A DNA stretch of 63,909 bases, the filler included, from Reticulomyxa filosa (taxonomy: Eukaryota > Protista > Foraminifera), in assembly GCA_000512085.1 (NCBI GenBank). It is 20 parts of 20 records of this genome, joined end to end, with 100 filler letters (N's around TTAATTAATTAA, not from the genome) between each part and the next. Parts side by side here need not be neighbours in the genome. Positions count along the whole stretch, not along the records: positions 61,930 to 63,909 come from ASPP01008785.1; 19 more parts are not named here. One strand, written 5' to 3'. Within the stretch, counting starts at the first letter, position 1. Each line of letters opens with the position of its first letter. The position numbers and the translations under genes are program-made. Positions 63,785 through 63,909 of the stretch are shown here, in pieces. The notes beneath the pieces were generated by a model. That model saw only the letters and a list, made by a program, of their open reading frames with translations, did no database searches and was not told the DNA's origin.

Positions 63785-63909
63785 GTAATGTCAAATACAA
63801 AAAAAAAAAAAAAATAGACACCTCAAAAAAAAAATTTCTTTCTAACGTATACGTATTTGTTACCAAACTTGTTAGAAAATATCTTTGACGCTCCTTTTTT
63901 TTTTTTTTT

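Noticed and set aside
1394-63788. Alternative genetic code (stop-codon reassignment)
   Set aside because: Intact genes have long exons free of stops and end at TAA or TGA at the expected positions (Rab7 CFC-TAA, WD40 TGA). In-frame stops cluster in loci that also carry frameshifts and deletions.

Overview
This is AT-rich, intron-containing eukaryotic DNA. It is not one locus but 20 short contigs joined by an artificial 100-nt linker (N44-TTAATTAATTAA-N44, stops in all six frames), so gene neighbourhoods across linkers mean nothing. Three WD40-family loci carry an N-terminal motif of the form 'I..IIQxWIRxLNIKLGWIxDFDKLVVNY', which I recall as typical of the foraminiferan Reticulomyxa filosa; this species assignment is inference, not a search result. 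Recognisable genes: PH-BEACH-PH protein, PD-(D/E)xK nuclease-like protein, NAPRT (5' part), a P-loop GTPase fused to His/Cys-rich repeats, C2 protein, dual-specificity phosphatase, Spg1/Tem1, CCDC39, DnaJ, TEY-type MAPK, ABCB half-transporter with a DC1-like Zn finger, beta-COP, WD40, Rab7, F-box-like protein, SNF2-like helicase, secreted LRR protein and a divergent Hsp70. There are also several deletion-riddled pseudogenes, a decayed Tc1/mariner element, a TA-flanked MITE and a LINE 3' fragment. Many otherwise intact genes have 1-nt frameshifts in homopolymers, most likely sequencing error. The most unusual signals are: (1) a diverged tandem duplication (about 10.9-11.6 kb and 12.4-13.1 kb) in which each copy carries a different micro-inversion of coding-like sequence; (2) many introns with reversed polarity, T-rich near the donor and poly-A directly before the AG acceptor; (3) a GTPase with a long W/Y-x-CC...GC repeat tail hidden by frameshifts.
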